From: the human T2T-CHM13v2.0 reference genome, Homo sapiens
Reading direction: 5' to 3' (one strand)
Length of the DNA stretch: 64,000 nt
NCBI RefSeq assembly: GCF_009914755.1
Contig: NC_060925.1
Position numbers and translations under genes: made by a program. The notes beneath the pieces were generated by a model. It was given only the letters and a program-made list of their open reading frames with translations. It made no database searches and was not told the DNA's origin. Below are positions 36,819 through 49,164 of this stretch, piece by piece; the first letter of the stretch is position 1, and every line of letters starts with the position of its first letter.

Positions 36819-39209
36819 GCTTTCCTGCTCAGACCGGTGGGTGCCAACACTCAGGTATTCCCGCCATGCTCAGGGTCACGTTGGTCATCGTGTGAGGAGG
36901 GGGCCTTGGAGGGAGCCAGGCGCCCCTGCATGAGGGCACACAGCCGGCTTTCCCTGGGCTTGGTGCAGCTGCCATCTTGTGATGTACCGGGTGTGTTGCT
37001 GTTTTCTGGATACTTCAGTAAGAGGGAGGCGGGATGAGGCCGTTCCTTGCGCTGGCCTCTCACCTCCCCCTCGGCCAGTTTTCCTGTGTGCTGTGGGCGT
37101 TCAACTTTGACCTTTGGGATAAGATAATGGGACTTCTGTTCTCGGGAGAGGCTTCAGTGGGGGCTCGGGGCCAGGTCTGCAGGGGTCCAGTTTGTCTCCA
37201 TGACTTACGCTTGTTGATCAATCTAAACGCAGACACACGTGGACGAGTTTTCAGGTTCTCGTTTCAGAGCGGACGGTTGCTTCATCGGGGAGAGGGGGAC
37301 CCACATTTTAGCTCCACTTGGTGCCACCGGGCCTCCCCTATGTGGAACTGGGGGTGTTGGAACACGGCACGCAGAGATTCTTCTGCACCTGCCTTCCTTC
37401 CTCCTGGAGCCGAGCCGTGCGGATGAGACCCATGGAAAGAGCAGGGCTGGGGCTGCCCTTTGGGACCCTGGGGTGCAGAGACTGAGGCTTAATAACGAAT
37501 CACGTGCCCCTTGGCCCCAGATTGATAGCAGGCGACTTGCTTTTGTGGGTGCTGAGCACCCTTGGGAGAGCAGACGACAGAGCTGCTGGCAGGGGCGGGG
37601 TCCCTCGGGGGCTGCAGACCCAGGCGCTCAGCCCAGCAGTGCCGCATCCGGGGGTGCTCGGGCACTGCCTGCTCTCTGTCACCATGAATGCCATCGCGAA
37701 TAATGCCAAGCATTGTTACAATATCTGTGGGTTGCCGTGGTTCCTGTTCTCCGGGGCCCGGCTGTGATTTTTTTTCTCATCTCTGTGCAGAGAACTTTGT
37801 GAGAGCTGTGGCCTGCTGGCCAGGAGGGCGTCACCTCGGAAGCCCATGCACCTGACCCTGGTCCTGTTAGCAGGAAAGGGAGCTGCTCCCGTCAAAGGGA
37901 AGGAGCTCCAGGCTGAGAGTGGTTTGGTGGGGGTAGCAGTAGGTGAAAGACGGTCCTAAGACACCCAGCCACCTCTTTTCCTCCTCCCTGGTTCAGAGCT
38001 GTCCCCTCGCCGGGCTCTGGCTGGGGGCCATGTGCCGTGACCTTGAGCCCTGACAGCCCACTCTTAATCATGCCTGCCAGACAAACACGGCAGGCTGGAG
38101 TTCCCGCAGTCAGCCCCGGCGACGCATCTCCCTCGGAGAATGGACCGCGGGCTCTGGATTTTGACAAAGTCACGAGCGAGACTGGCGTTTTAAAGCAGCA
38201 TGTTAGAAAAGCGGCTTTGGGAAGCGATCATTTCTTTCACTTTTAATCCAACATCGGCAGCACCCGAAGTGGTCCCCGCTCCCCCGGCGGATGCAGCCCC
38301 CGGATGGCCGTTGCCACGCATTTTTGTTTAGGAACCTGGTTTTTATTAAATGTAATTGCTTCCCTTTCTGGCCTTAAATCAAGGGTGGCCTCAGCCCAGG
38401 GACAGCATCAATTTGATTTAATTACTCTGCACTGTAGCCTTCTGAGCCGAGATGTGGCTACGGGGGTCTCACATAGGGCCCCCAACTCAGGATGAGCGCA
38501 GAGGCCTTGACGGGGCTGGGAGGTGTTTGCCTCCGAGAAGGGACAGGTGATCCGGAGCCCAAGCTCTCTGACCCCCACCCCTCGCCTGTCTCTGCAGAGA
38601 ACCGGCCCCGACCATGGTTTCCACTCCCTCGCTGATGTGTTTATTTTTCATTTGCCATTAAAACCACGTTGGCTCTCTAACTCAGGGGCAATTCATTAAG
38701 GGCTATTTATCTTTTGCAGCGATATTTTACCCTCAGAGCTGAGCTCAGGGCTGTAAAAACCGGGACAGCGTCGCCACCAGGCAGCTCCTAGAAGGCGTAT
38801 GGGGGGTGCATGGGCTGCCTGGCCTCCCAGGTGTGAGGGTGGGGCCACAGTCACGCGTCCCTCTCTGCATCCCAGACCCCCACAGCCCATGAGGGGTCCC
38901 GCCTCCGTTTCCGCATCCTGCGTTCCATGGTACGACGGATGGGCTTCCCTCGGCAAAACCGTCATCCACATTGATCCCGCAGAAGAAAAGCCGGAGCTGG
39001 CGTGGGTGCCCCTGGAGAAGCAGGCTGTCGGAGAAGGGGCACGACATGGCTTTTACTCCCGATACGGATCCCTTTTCCCCAGCATGGAAACCCAGAGCCA
39101 GAGGAGGCCCCATGTCCCTGGGTTTTATCAACATCACCAATGGCAAGAGGGCACAGGCAAGGTGGATCCTTGCTCCCTTGGCTCCCAGAACTCTGGGGGA
39201 AAACACTGG

Positions 39210-39780
39210 ACATTATTAAGATGATTTGTTAAATAATAGAAAATGTTTTTCATTCCCCAATTTCCAGCTCTCGGTAAAACCATCCTCCGTCCGCCCGCTT
39301 CTCATCCCTGATATTTAGACTTATGGGCCAATTTGGGGGTATTTTCTCCTTCTGCCGTGATGAATGCGTCTATGAAACAATGTCATCACAAGTCACCTAC
39401 CTGCCCTGTCAGCTCAGCATCAATCTCGCTGGGCTGGGCGGTAATTTATGACTGGTGCCTGCAATTTGCAAACCTAATGGGGAGGAGGGACGGGGGAGCC
39501 GGCTTGAGCGCTGTCTGCAGCCTCCTCGGTCTCCCCGCATTAGCAGAACAAATGGCGCAGAGATCAGACATCATCTCCAAGGCTCAATAAATATTTTATC
39601 AGCCATAATGGAAATTGTCAAATTGATCTAATTGTACAATACGTTATCAGTGAGATATCAAAGCCCGGCCAGGCCTCTGCCCGGACCCTTCTGGGCCGCC
39701 CCACCTGCGAGGATGGGAGTCAGAAAGCCCAGGGCGGGCCACAACGTGGTGGCATTAATCATATGTGGCCACAGTGGCCC
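39210..39780. promoter_or_regulatory. SOX/HOX/TCF motif-rich enhancer-like element
   Basis: AACAATG 39376, TTTATGAC (posterior HOX/CDX) 39445, palindrome ATTGTACAAT 39631-39640, ATCAAAG (TCF/LEF) 39657. Confidence 0.55.
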
Positions 39781-41572
39781 GTTCAGGAGATGATGCATTT
39801 TGTGGAAATGGCCTTCTTCTGTTGTGCTTTGCCAGTCTTGATATTTGAAGCAGAGAGGGAAACAGACATAGACAGAGAAGGTGGGACAAATTCAGAACTT
39901 TCAGGAAGCATAGATGCATTCTCACTGTCTCAGTTGGGGTGGGGGCGGCCTTCAGTCGGTCAGATGGACCCCAAGAGAGAATGCCACCTGACCCGTTCTG
40001 TGCGGAAGCATGTGCTGCCCACGGTAGGGGATTTTTACCTTTTCTGGCCCTCAGGCCTGCCTGGAACGAGAACACTCATGGTGCACCGCGTTTCCGAAAA
40101 CGTGGGGCCGCACTGTGCATTCGTCAGCCATGGGGTCGCACTCTGGCCCGTGCCAAGCACACCCATCCACCCCGCAGGAGCTGGGAGCACTTCTGAAAAC
40201 CAAGCTCGTGAGAAACGGAGCTGCCCCAGCCTCCATCGGCTCCCCCCGTCCAGGGCCATTTCCGGGGTCTGGTCTTCCAGGAAGAGGTTGGGGCCAGGGC
40301 TGGGGGCAGCTGTCAGTCAAGCGTCTTTCACAGCCAGCCAAGACCTTTTGATTTCTAGAACAAACAGCGATGTCTTAGACCTGGAGCAGATTTGCAAAAT
40401 CGAGTGAAAACATCTGGCTGTGCTAACAAGCAGCAGCTGAACACGGGGAGCCCTGTCCCAGGGGTGTGGTGGGGACCGGCCCTCCCTGGCTCCTGCCAGA
40501 GACCTGAGCTGGGCCCTCCTGCACATGGCCCGACAGTGTGGTCCTCAGCTGCTCCATCAAAGCCTTAATTGACCTTTTGGCATTGCTCCTTGGTCTCGGG
40601 GCAGGCGCCGTCAAACAGGATGCACAAAAGCACAGGGATCCTCCTCACCTGCGGCGTCATCCAAAGGCGTGTGGCACCCAGACGTTGAGCAGAGTCTGAG
40701 GCTTCAGGGAAGACAGGCTGCCAGTGCCGTGTATGTTCCCAGTGTGCGGACCCCAGGGTGCGCACAGGCAACGGAACGCCTGGGATTCCCAAGCCTCGTG
40801 CTCCCCCGAGAGCGGGTAATTACCTGGATGTGGACCGTATTAACTGGAAGCCCAGATGTTTATAGAATTCCCTGCCCGCCAAGCTGTGAGGGGAGGCATC
40901 TGGAAGGGGCAAAGGGGTCCAGGAGGGGAAACTGATGGATGGCCTTGGCTGGGGCCCTGGTGTTACAGGCTGCAGAGGGTAGCCCAGGCAAGGGACCGGC
41001 ATGGCTGGCCAGACCCTGAGCTGCCACCACATCAACTGCCCCCTGGCCGGGGCACCCAGGTGCGATGCTGATCTCTCGGCAACAGCTTTTCCATAAGGGA
41101 ATCCGATGCATTTGCTGGGATGCAGGATTCGGGCTGTGTTGCTGATGAGATCACACAGGGGCTGGAGAATTCGTACCCGCGGGCACCCATGGAAGCCTGA
41201 GCTCTGTCTTTTCAGTCGCCTGTCATTTAAAATGAAAGTAAGAAGGGAGACCTTGTGGCAACCGCAGTGCTGGGCCGGGGGGAGTCGCTGGTTTGCAGCC
41301 CCTCGGGGGCCGAGTGTTCCGGGCTCTGATTTTTGCTGGCTGAGACACAGGGACCCCTGGGTGTGCGGGACCGTGCCGGGAAGTGTGGACATGGGTCCGG
41401 GCTGAGGACTTCGTCAGGTGTCAGGACTCGGGACAGCAGGACCCTCAGGCAGTAGGGCTCCAAGCACCAGCCCCTCGCCCCAGTCCCAGCAGGTGGCCTC
41501 CCCAACTTGAGCTGGGTTCATTTCCTCTCTCCACCCCTTCTTTCTTCTCAGCAAAGCAAATGACATTTGAAA

Positions 41573-41885
41573 CTTTATTATTAGTATTATTATTATCATT
41601 TTTGTGAGATGGAGTCTTGCTCTGTCACCCAGGCTGGAGTGCACTGGCGCAATCTCCGCTCACTGCAGTCTCTGCCTCCCGGGTTCAAGGATTCTCCTGC
41701 CTCAGCCTCCTGAGTAGCTGGGATTACAGGTGTGCACCACCACGCCCGGCTAATTTTTGTATTTTTAGTAGAGATGGGGTTTCATCATTGTGGTCAGGCC
41801 AGTCTTGAACTCCTGACCTCAGGTGATCCTCCCGCCTCGGCCTCCCAAAGTGCTGGGATCACAGGCTTGAGCCACCGCGTCCGGC
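41573..41885 (-). mobile_element. Full-length Alu (AluSx/Sz-like), antisense, (TTA)n tail
   Basis: GAGATGGAGTCTTGCTCTGTCACCCAGGCTGGAGTGC...ACCTCAGGTGATCC...GAGCCACCGCGTCCGGC. Confidence 0.97.
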
Positions 41886-44536
41886 TTATTCTTTTTTTCT
41901 AAATAGTGAGGCCCAGAGTGCAGGTGTGTGTCACACACCTCTGGTCTGCAGCCCCTGGGAGCTGAGGCCCTGTCTGTGGATGGAGGAGGAGGGACTGGCA
42001 AGCTTGGGGTTCCTGGGGCATCTTGTCATGTGTTAGTCGTAGTGAAGGCTCCACAAGCACTTTTGAGGCCAGGGGGAAGATGCTAAGGGGTCCTCTTTGC
42101 CACCTGTGAAGACAGCTGCGTGGCCACCTGGCCTCTCGCCGCCCACTTCATTTCTTTGATTTCCTCTCTGGCCCCCTCCCATGACTCTACAGGCCTGTGC
42201 AGACCCCAGCTTGGGGCGGAGGGACCTATCTGCCACCTGGACCCAGCACTATGGGAGGGACAACTCGTGACCAGCCCCAGCCACCACTGCCCTGAGGAAG
42301 GCTCTGAGCCTGTGGGCACCATCACTGCCCTGGATGGGGGCCCGGCCCCACAGGGACCCAGCCCCGGTACATGGACAACCTGGGTCCCTGGGAGGGAGAG
42401 AGGCGCCGGCCATCCCTCGGGTTGGATGCAGACAGGCCCGTGTGGCTTTGGGAAAGGCTCCTCCCCATCCCAGCTGCCCTGTCTGCAGAGAGGGGCTGAC
42501 AGTCCCTGACTCACAGATCCCACAGTTCCCTCCAAATGGTCAGGGTCATTCCCACTCGGCCAGGTCCCAGGCAGGGCGTATCCAGGTGTCCAGGGCTGAC
42601 CCAGCCTCTGCCTTCCCAGCTCCACTCTGAGGTGGATGACCTTGGGGTGGGTGGGGGAGGGGGTGGCCATGAGCTGTGTGAAGCCCTCACTCTCTGTACC
42701 TGCCAGTTGTAGACCCCACAGCACCCTGCGAGATGGTGCTCTGTGTGCCCACGTTCAGGAGAGGAAACCAAGGCGCGGGGGCTTTGCACCATTGCTTAGG
42801 CTACAGATGGGCTATGCACCCAGCTGCCCAGCTCAGCCCCTGCACGGGGTCACCCCCAGTAAAGGGCTCTTTCTTTCCCCTAAATTTGGAGGTCTCAAGA
42901 ATGCCCTGAGACCAGAAAGCAGAGATACACACATGTCTCAGTCACCTTGGGTCAGGGGTCCCTTCTGCTCTTGGCCACCAGGTAAGGGTTGGGCTGGCAG
43001 TCAGGTAAACCCAGAGGTCCTCACTCTCTCCTCCCACCTCCCAGTGAACCCCCAGGACCTCAGGAACCCCTGTGCGGCTTCAGGTGAGGTCACCTGAGTG
43101 AGAAATGCCGGGAGCAGCCTCAGCCCCTCTGCCCACTCGTCTTGGAAGGAACACCCTAGATGTCCCTGCACTTGGATGTCTGTGGAGCCAGCCCAAGTAG
43201 GCCCCACGCAGGGGCTGACCTGGCAGGTGATCGTCCATGCCACCCAGCCAGGCTTCCTAGGAGCCGTGTGCCTGGTGTCAGCAGGAAACCGCCCCCACCC
43301 CTCTTTGGGTTTGAGCTCCTGGTTGCTATCTAGGAACGTCCACGTGCAGATGGAGAGGGTGCATGCGGCACGGTGTCAGTTCCTCAAAGCACCTGTCAGC
43401 CCGTAAACCATTGCCATGGGATACGGGGTGGCTCTTCAGGGGCCTGCAGCTGGCGACCTGGGCCCTGAGCCCACTGGCCAGTGACCTCTGACACTCCAGG
43501 GCCAGGTGGCCACACTGTGCTTTTGGGTGTTCCCCAGCCCTGCCTCTGCAGCCCTGGAAGGAGGAACGGGGCCTTGGACGGCAGCCTGGACTGGAGAGTC
43601 CCCAGGGGAAGTTCCCAGGCCACCCCAGGGGGCTTCTCCCGAGAGTCCCCTGACCCAGCTGCATCCAGGGCTCTGGTCCCTCTCCACGTGGTGCAGCAGT
43701 GAAATTCCACAGCAGAACAGAGCCATGAGCCTCCTGCAGAGATGTGTGTCCTGCGTGGTCCGTACAGTCAGGACGTGCTTCACTCACCCGCCCCACCCGC
43801 TCCCGGTCTCTCACTTCCACCCCTGTAGAAAGCGCTCTGGCTGGGCTATCAGCTATGCAGACAGTGAGGTCATTCCTGCCCACCGAGGCTCCCGATAACC
43901 TCATTAAGAAAGTGCAATTTATCTAGTCGGGGTCCATTTAATTATCTAATTTTTCTGAGTGAGGTCTGACTCTGTATCGCCCCAGCAGGTGGGCAGCCCA
44001 GTCAGCCCGGGGTCAGGCTGACGTCCTGGAGAGGTCCCCCAGCGCCCCCCGGGTCACAGAAATTCGCAAGGTGTGAGCAGCGCCTCGGGACTCACACGCC
44101 TCACCGCGGGCATCAGGCCTCCTGGGCCCCGTTAGGGACGCAATGAGGACCCGTTTTCTGCGGGACAGAGGGTTTGGCCGAGCAGGAAAACATTTAGACA
44201 CACCCCCACACACAGCACACGTGGGCATCAGGGCTCTGCTGCACTGCAGACTCTCCAGCCCCCGCACATTTGGGATATTCTGCCGCCTTCTGCACCGCCC
44301 ACCCCAACTCCTTACCCTCGGAGGGTGGCAACAGGGGGGCCCGCTAACCAATGAACGTTCGCTGACTTCATCTGGGGTGGGGGGGGCCTCCCCGCTAACA
44401 GCCACATTCTCTTTGAAAAAGATAAACAACTGGGCATGGGGATAATCATATAAACCGTTCACAAATCCAACCAGAAGCAATTCATAAAAATGATCTGCTT
44501 AAAACCATTGTGCTGCCTTGCCATCCGTTGTCAAAG

Positions 44537-45345
44537 GTGTGAGGGGTGTGTGTGCACATGTGTTCAGTGTGGGGTGTGCGCACATGTGTGCTTGGTTGGG
44601 GTGTATATGTGTGCAAGTGTGTGTGCTCGGTGTGGGGTGTGTGTGCACGTGTGTTCGGTGTGGGGTGTGTACACATGTGTGCTCGGTGTGGGGCATATGT
44701 GTGCACGTGTGTGCTCAGTGTGGGGGGTGTGTGTGCATGTGCTTGGTATGGGGTGTGTGTGTGCACGTGTGTGCTCAGTGTGGGGTGTGTGTGCACGTGT
44801 GTTTGGTGTGGGGTGTGTCTGCACATGTGTGCTCGGTGTGGGTTGTGTGAGTGCACGTGTGTGCTCGGTGTAGGGGGTGTGTGTGCACATGTGTGCTCGG
44901 TGTGGGGTGTGTGTACGTGTGTGCTCAGTATGGAGTGTGTGTGTGCACACGTGTGTGCTCAGTGTGGGGTGTGTGTGCACGTGTGTTTGGTGTGGGGTGT
45001 GTGTGCATGTGTGTGCTCAGTGTGGGGGGTGTGTGTGCACGTGTGTGCTCAGTGTGGGGGGTATGTGTGCACGTGTGCTCGGTGTGGGGTGTGTGTGCAT
45101 GTGTGTGCTTGGTGTGGGGGGTATGCGCACGTGTGTGCTCGGTGTGGGGTGTGTGTGCACGTGTGTGCTCAGTGTGGGGTGTGTGTATGTGTGCGCTCGG
45201 TGTGGGGTGTGTGTACGCGTGTGCTCGGTATGGAGTGTGTGTGTGCATGTGTGTGCTCGGTGTGAGGTGTGTGCACGCACGTGTGTGCTCGGTGTGGGTG
45301 TGGACGTGTGTGTTCAGTGTGGGGTGTGTGTGCACACGTGTGCAT
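44537..45345. repeat. ~30-36 bp TG-rich minisatellite
   Basis: Unit approximately GTGTGTGCACGTGTGTGCTCGGTGTGGG(G), more than 20 units, 13 intact CACGTG. Confidence 0.95.
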
Positions 45346-46306
45346 TCACTTCTAAGTTGGGGCGTGAGGAGGCATCATCAGTGCTGGATAATTCTGGACT
45401 TAGAAGGAAAAGAAAGCCTTGAGGTCTGGGGTGTGTGACGTGGGTGCACCTGGGCCTGTTTGCCGTCCCTGTCCCTTTCACTGGCAAATCATCCTCAGGC
45501 AGAGCTCAGACATCCACAGGGAGACTGGGGCCTCCGACCAGGTGCCCTGGGCAGTGTATCTGTGCTGTCCGCCTGTGCTGAGATGTCCGACTGTGGACTC
45601 CGTCGCCCTGAGGCTATTTCTGCTGTCTTCTCTTTGAGAAATGGGATCTCCAGTGTCTGGAAACTATCATCATTGCCCTGCATGGTCTTTGTGAAGAATG
45701 AGACCCCAAATCTTGACCTTGGACTCTTTGGGGAGGCCAAGGCACATCTTGGTTCTGCGTCGCACACAGCACCGGTCCCAAGCAAGGATCTGGGCACCCA
45801 GGACTTGGCTCCTGTCCAACAGGCCATCCATACCCTGGGCGGCCTCAGTCAGGCCACCTCCCCCAGGGTTCTTGGGTCCTCATCTGTAAGCCTGGGGCTT
45901 GGGCCAGGAGAGGAGGCAGCCAGAGGTGAATCTGAGGTTCCTCCAGGCCATGGGGCAGGCTGAGAGCTGATACTGGCCCCTCTCGCCCCAGCCAGAGCAG
46001 AGGGGTTCAGATGCACTGGGCCAGGCTATGTGGAAAACCCCTCACTGCGCTGACAGTCTCTGATTCTGCATTGACCTCAAACCCCATTCTCTGAACCCCA
46101 TCCTGCGGCAAACCCCATCCTGCTGCTCACCTGCAACTTGGGAATACCGAGATGCATTCAGATTCAAGTTCGGCCTTTGGCGTCTTCTCTCGGGGGCCCT
46201 CTGTCCGCCTCAGTTGCAGGTGGTGGGGTGTGGTTGGGCATCAGGACGGTTTTGTGGGAGGGGCTGGGCTGAGAGGTGGGAAGGAGCCCCCGGATGAGTG
46301 AAGAAG

Positions 46307-46367
46307 CTGGGTGCAATCTCATGCCCTGGGTGCAATCTCATGTCCTGGGTGCAATCTCATGCCCTGG
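46307..46367. repeat. 19-bp tandem repeat x3
   Basis: CTGGGTGCAATCTCATG(C/T)C x3. Confidence 0.95.
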
Positions 46368-48382
46368 TGGCCCTGGTGAGAGCAGGTCGGGTGCCAGGAC
46401 AGAGCAGCCACAGGTGGCCGCCCAGGGGTTTACTCTAGGGGTGTCCCTCACCAGGCAGCCCTGCAAACCCAGGAGCCAGGAGCTGCAGGAGGGCCAGTGG
46501 CCAGAGGTGAGGAAGGAGCTGTCCGGCAGGGCTGGGCTGGGCTGGGTGTCAGGCATTGGGTGCATCCAGCCACTCACCCGCAGCAGGTGGAACCCCTGCC
46601 TCACCTTCCCTGCTTCTGAGGGGGCAGCTCCCCATAGTGGTGGCCCAGCCCTGGGGAGCAGCGTCAGGATTTTACAATCCAGGAGATGTCAACTCCTTGC
46701 TGGGACCTCCTTGACGCTCACGGGGCTCAGATCCCATCTCAGGTGGGCGGTGACTTGTCCTGGCCGAGCCAGCCCAGTCCTTCTGGAAGTCCAGTTTGTG
46801 TCAGAGCAGCGGCCCAAAGCCAAAGGGTGGTGAATCTGGGCACTGCCTGGGACCATGGGGGGACCACAATATCTCTCTAAAATCCCCAAATCCATCCCCA
46901 CTTTACTTAGCACATGTTGAAAGTCCTTCTAGAAAGCCAGGATGTTTGTTAATTTATTTTTAAGATTTAGTGTGTTGTGGGGGTTCATCGTTCCAAAAAA
47001 GGAGGATCCCAGTTGCGGAGGAAATGTTGGAGGAGGGGCAGTGGGGAAGGGCTGGAGCCCAGCTCTACTGGTATCAGGGGGGTCATGGGAGCCCCCCATC
47101 CCAGGGGCCCTCTGGCTTTGGCCACCCCGGCTTCTGTCCCCAGCTCCCCACCACTCTTCCTTGGTTCTCTGCCTCTGTGGATTCCTTATTGCAAGGGCAC
47201 TGGCAAGCTGGGAGAGATGGAAACAGTGGGGGACAGGGGTACGAGAGTCACAGCAAGCCTGGGGGTGGGGGGCATGGAGCCTGGGCAAAGAGCCTGCATG
47301 AGATATTGTCAGCCTTGTGGCAGGGGCAGCCACTGGAGGATGGAGAACACGGGTGAGAATGAAAGCCCCAAACCCACAGCTCCTTCCTCCTGAAGAAGAT
47401 GAAGCAGGCAGGTCTAGGGTGGCAGGATGGCTTCCAGTGGCTCCGAGATTCCCAAAACCAGGAGGCAGGGGGCCAGAGTCGGATGGGGAGAACTGAGCCC
47501 CGGGTGGGGGCAGACAGCCTGGGACCCCCACTATGAGGTCTACCCACACGAGGTGCTGTGGGTGCCTGCAGGCCTGCCCTGCCCTGCCACTCCTGGCTGA
47601 GGACGTCAGTCTACACAAGGGTGCATACCTGTGTATCCAGACTCCGCCTGGGCCTCTGCAGGGAGCCGTGGGTGCTCCCAGCTGACGGAGGCCAGGAATC
47701 CATGCTGTCTTCCTGGGTTTACCACTCAATGAGCCAGGCTGGCATTTGTGAAGCCTCAGGCAGCCCCTGGCCCACAGTTAGGGAATGCCCTTTTATGCAA
47801 GATGGTGCTGAATTTTATTTCATCAGGAAGGAGCACCGGCCAGTTCCCTTGTTAATTACCATTTCCTCCATCCATCCACCTTCACCGCTCAGGAGGGAGG
47901 GAGGCTCCTGGGCTGGCTGGGGACACAGCAATCCACCCGCCCTACTCATCCAAGCTTAAGGCCAGGGACACGGGTTTTCTGAGATGCGTGTACTCCTGCT
48001 GTTACTTTTGAAGCTGCCTAGTTCCTGTTGGGCCTGGACAAGGTTCAAGGAGGCAGGAGCCCCGGGGTTATCCAGGCTCTGCCACGATGGACCAAGAGGC
48101 CAGGACAAGTGGACACTGGCTGGGGCGTGTCCATCTCCTGTCATGGCTCCTGCCCTGAGGAGAGGACACGGGTCACCCTGGACACCAGGACAGGGCACAG
48201 ACATCCCTCCTGAATCTGCTGGAATCCCCCCGAACGCACAGGCGAACTTTACAAGCCTCGCACTGCGTAGGGGGATGGCTTTGGGAGAGCCATGTAACCT
48301 TCCAGTACTTGTTTCCTTGTCTGTAAAAGGAAAGCTGTGGGTCTGACACTTGGCCCTTGGCTATCTAAAAATTGAGGTTTGG

Positions 48383-48700
48383 GGCCGGGCATAGTGGGTC
48401 ACGCCTGTAATCCCAGCACTTTGGGAGGCTAAGTTGGGCAGGTGACTTGTGGTCAGGAGTTCGAGACCAGCCTGGCCAACATGGTAAAACCCCATCTCAA
48501 AAAAAAAAAAAAAAAAAATCAGCTGGGCGTGGTGGCCCGTGCCTGTAGTCCCAGCTAATTGGGAGGTAAGGTGGGAGAATCACTCGAACCCAGGAGGCGG
48601 AGATTGCAGTGAGCCGAAATTGCGCCACAGCGCTCCAGCCTGGGTGACAGAGCGAGACTCCATCTCAAAGATAAAGTAAAATAAAATAAAAAGATAAAAT
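48383..48700 (+). mobile_element. Full-length Alu (AluS-like) with expanded central poly(A)
   Basis: GGCCGGGCATAGTGG...GAGACTCCATCTC plus A-rich tail; TSD AAAAATTGAGGTTT (48367-48380) / AAAAATGGAGGTTT (48701-48714). Confidence 0.97.
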
Positions 48701-48979
48701 AAAAATGGAGGTTTTCAGTCTCTAGTCCAAACACAGACACAGTGCCACCCACTGCGGACTCCCCTTTCCCTGGCATCTCTGGTGCACACCTGCCCACCCT
48801 CCCAAGAATCTGGTCATTTAGACTCGAGCTTCAAACACACAGGGGAACTCAGAGTTTTTCCAGTCGCCAGTTGGCCGTTGGGGACGTTTGAGCTTCCTCC
48901 TTACTTTTTGGTCTCTGAAGCCCATGGGAGTGGGAGGGAAAGCACAGAGCTGCAAGAGCTATGGAGGCCGGGTGGGGGC

Positions 48980-49164
48980 GGGGGGGCTGGTCCTAGAGCT
49001 ATGGAAACGGGGGGGCTGGTCCTAGAGCTATGGAAACGGGGGGGCTGGTCCTAGAGCTATGGAAACGGGGGGCTGGTCCTAGAGCTATGGAAACGGGGGG
49101 CTGGTCCTAGAGCTATGGAAATGGGGGGCTGGTCCTAGAGCTATGGAAGCCGGGGGCTGGTCCT
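48980..49164. repeat. 28-29 bp G-run minisatellite, 6 units plus a partial
   Basis: CTGGTCCTAGAGCTATGGAAAC followed by a run of 5-7 G. Confidence 0.97.

Noticed and set aside
41486-41500. CTCF-like CCAGCAGGTGGCCTC
   Set aside because: Imperfect 3' end, and such matches are frequent in GC-rich DNA; needs PWM scan or ChIP
48987-49164. TAGAGCTATG resembles the S. pyogenes Cas9 repeat/sgRNA scaffold; array looks CRISPR-like
   Set aside because: Only about 10 nt match, no unique spacers, no tracr anti-repeat or cas genes; ordinary human minisatellite
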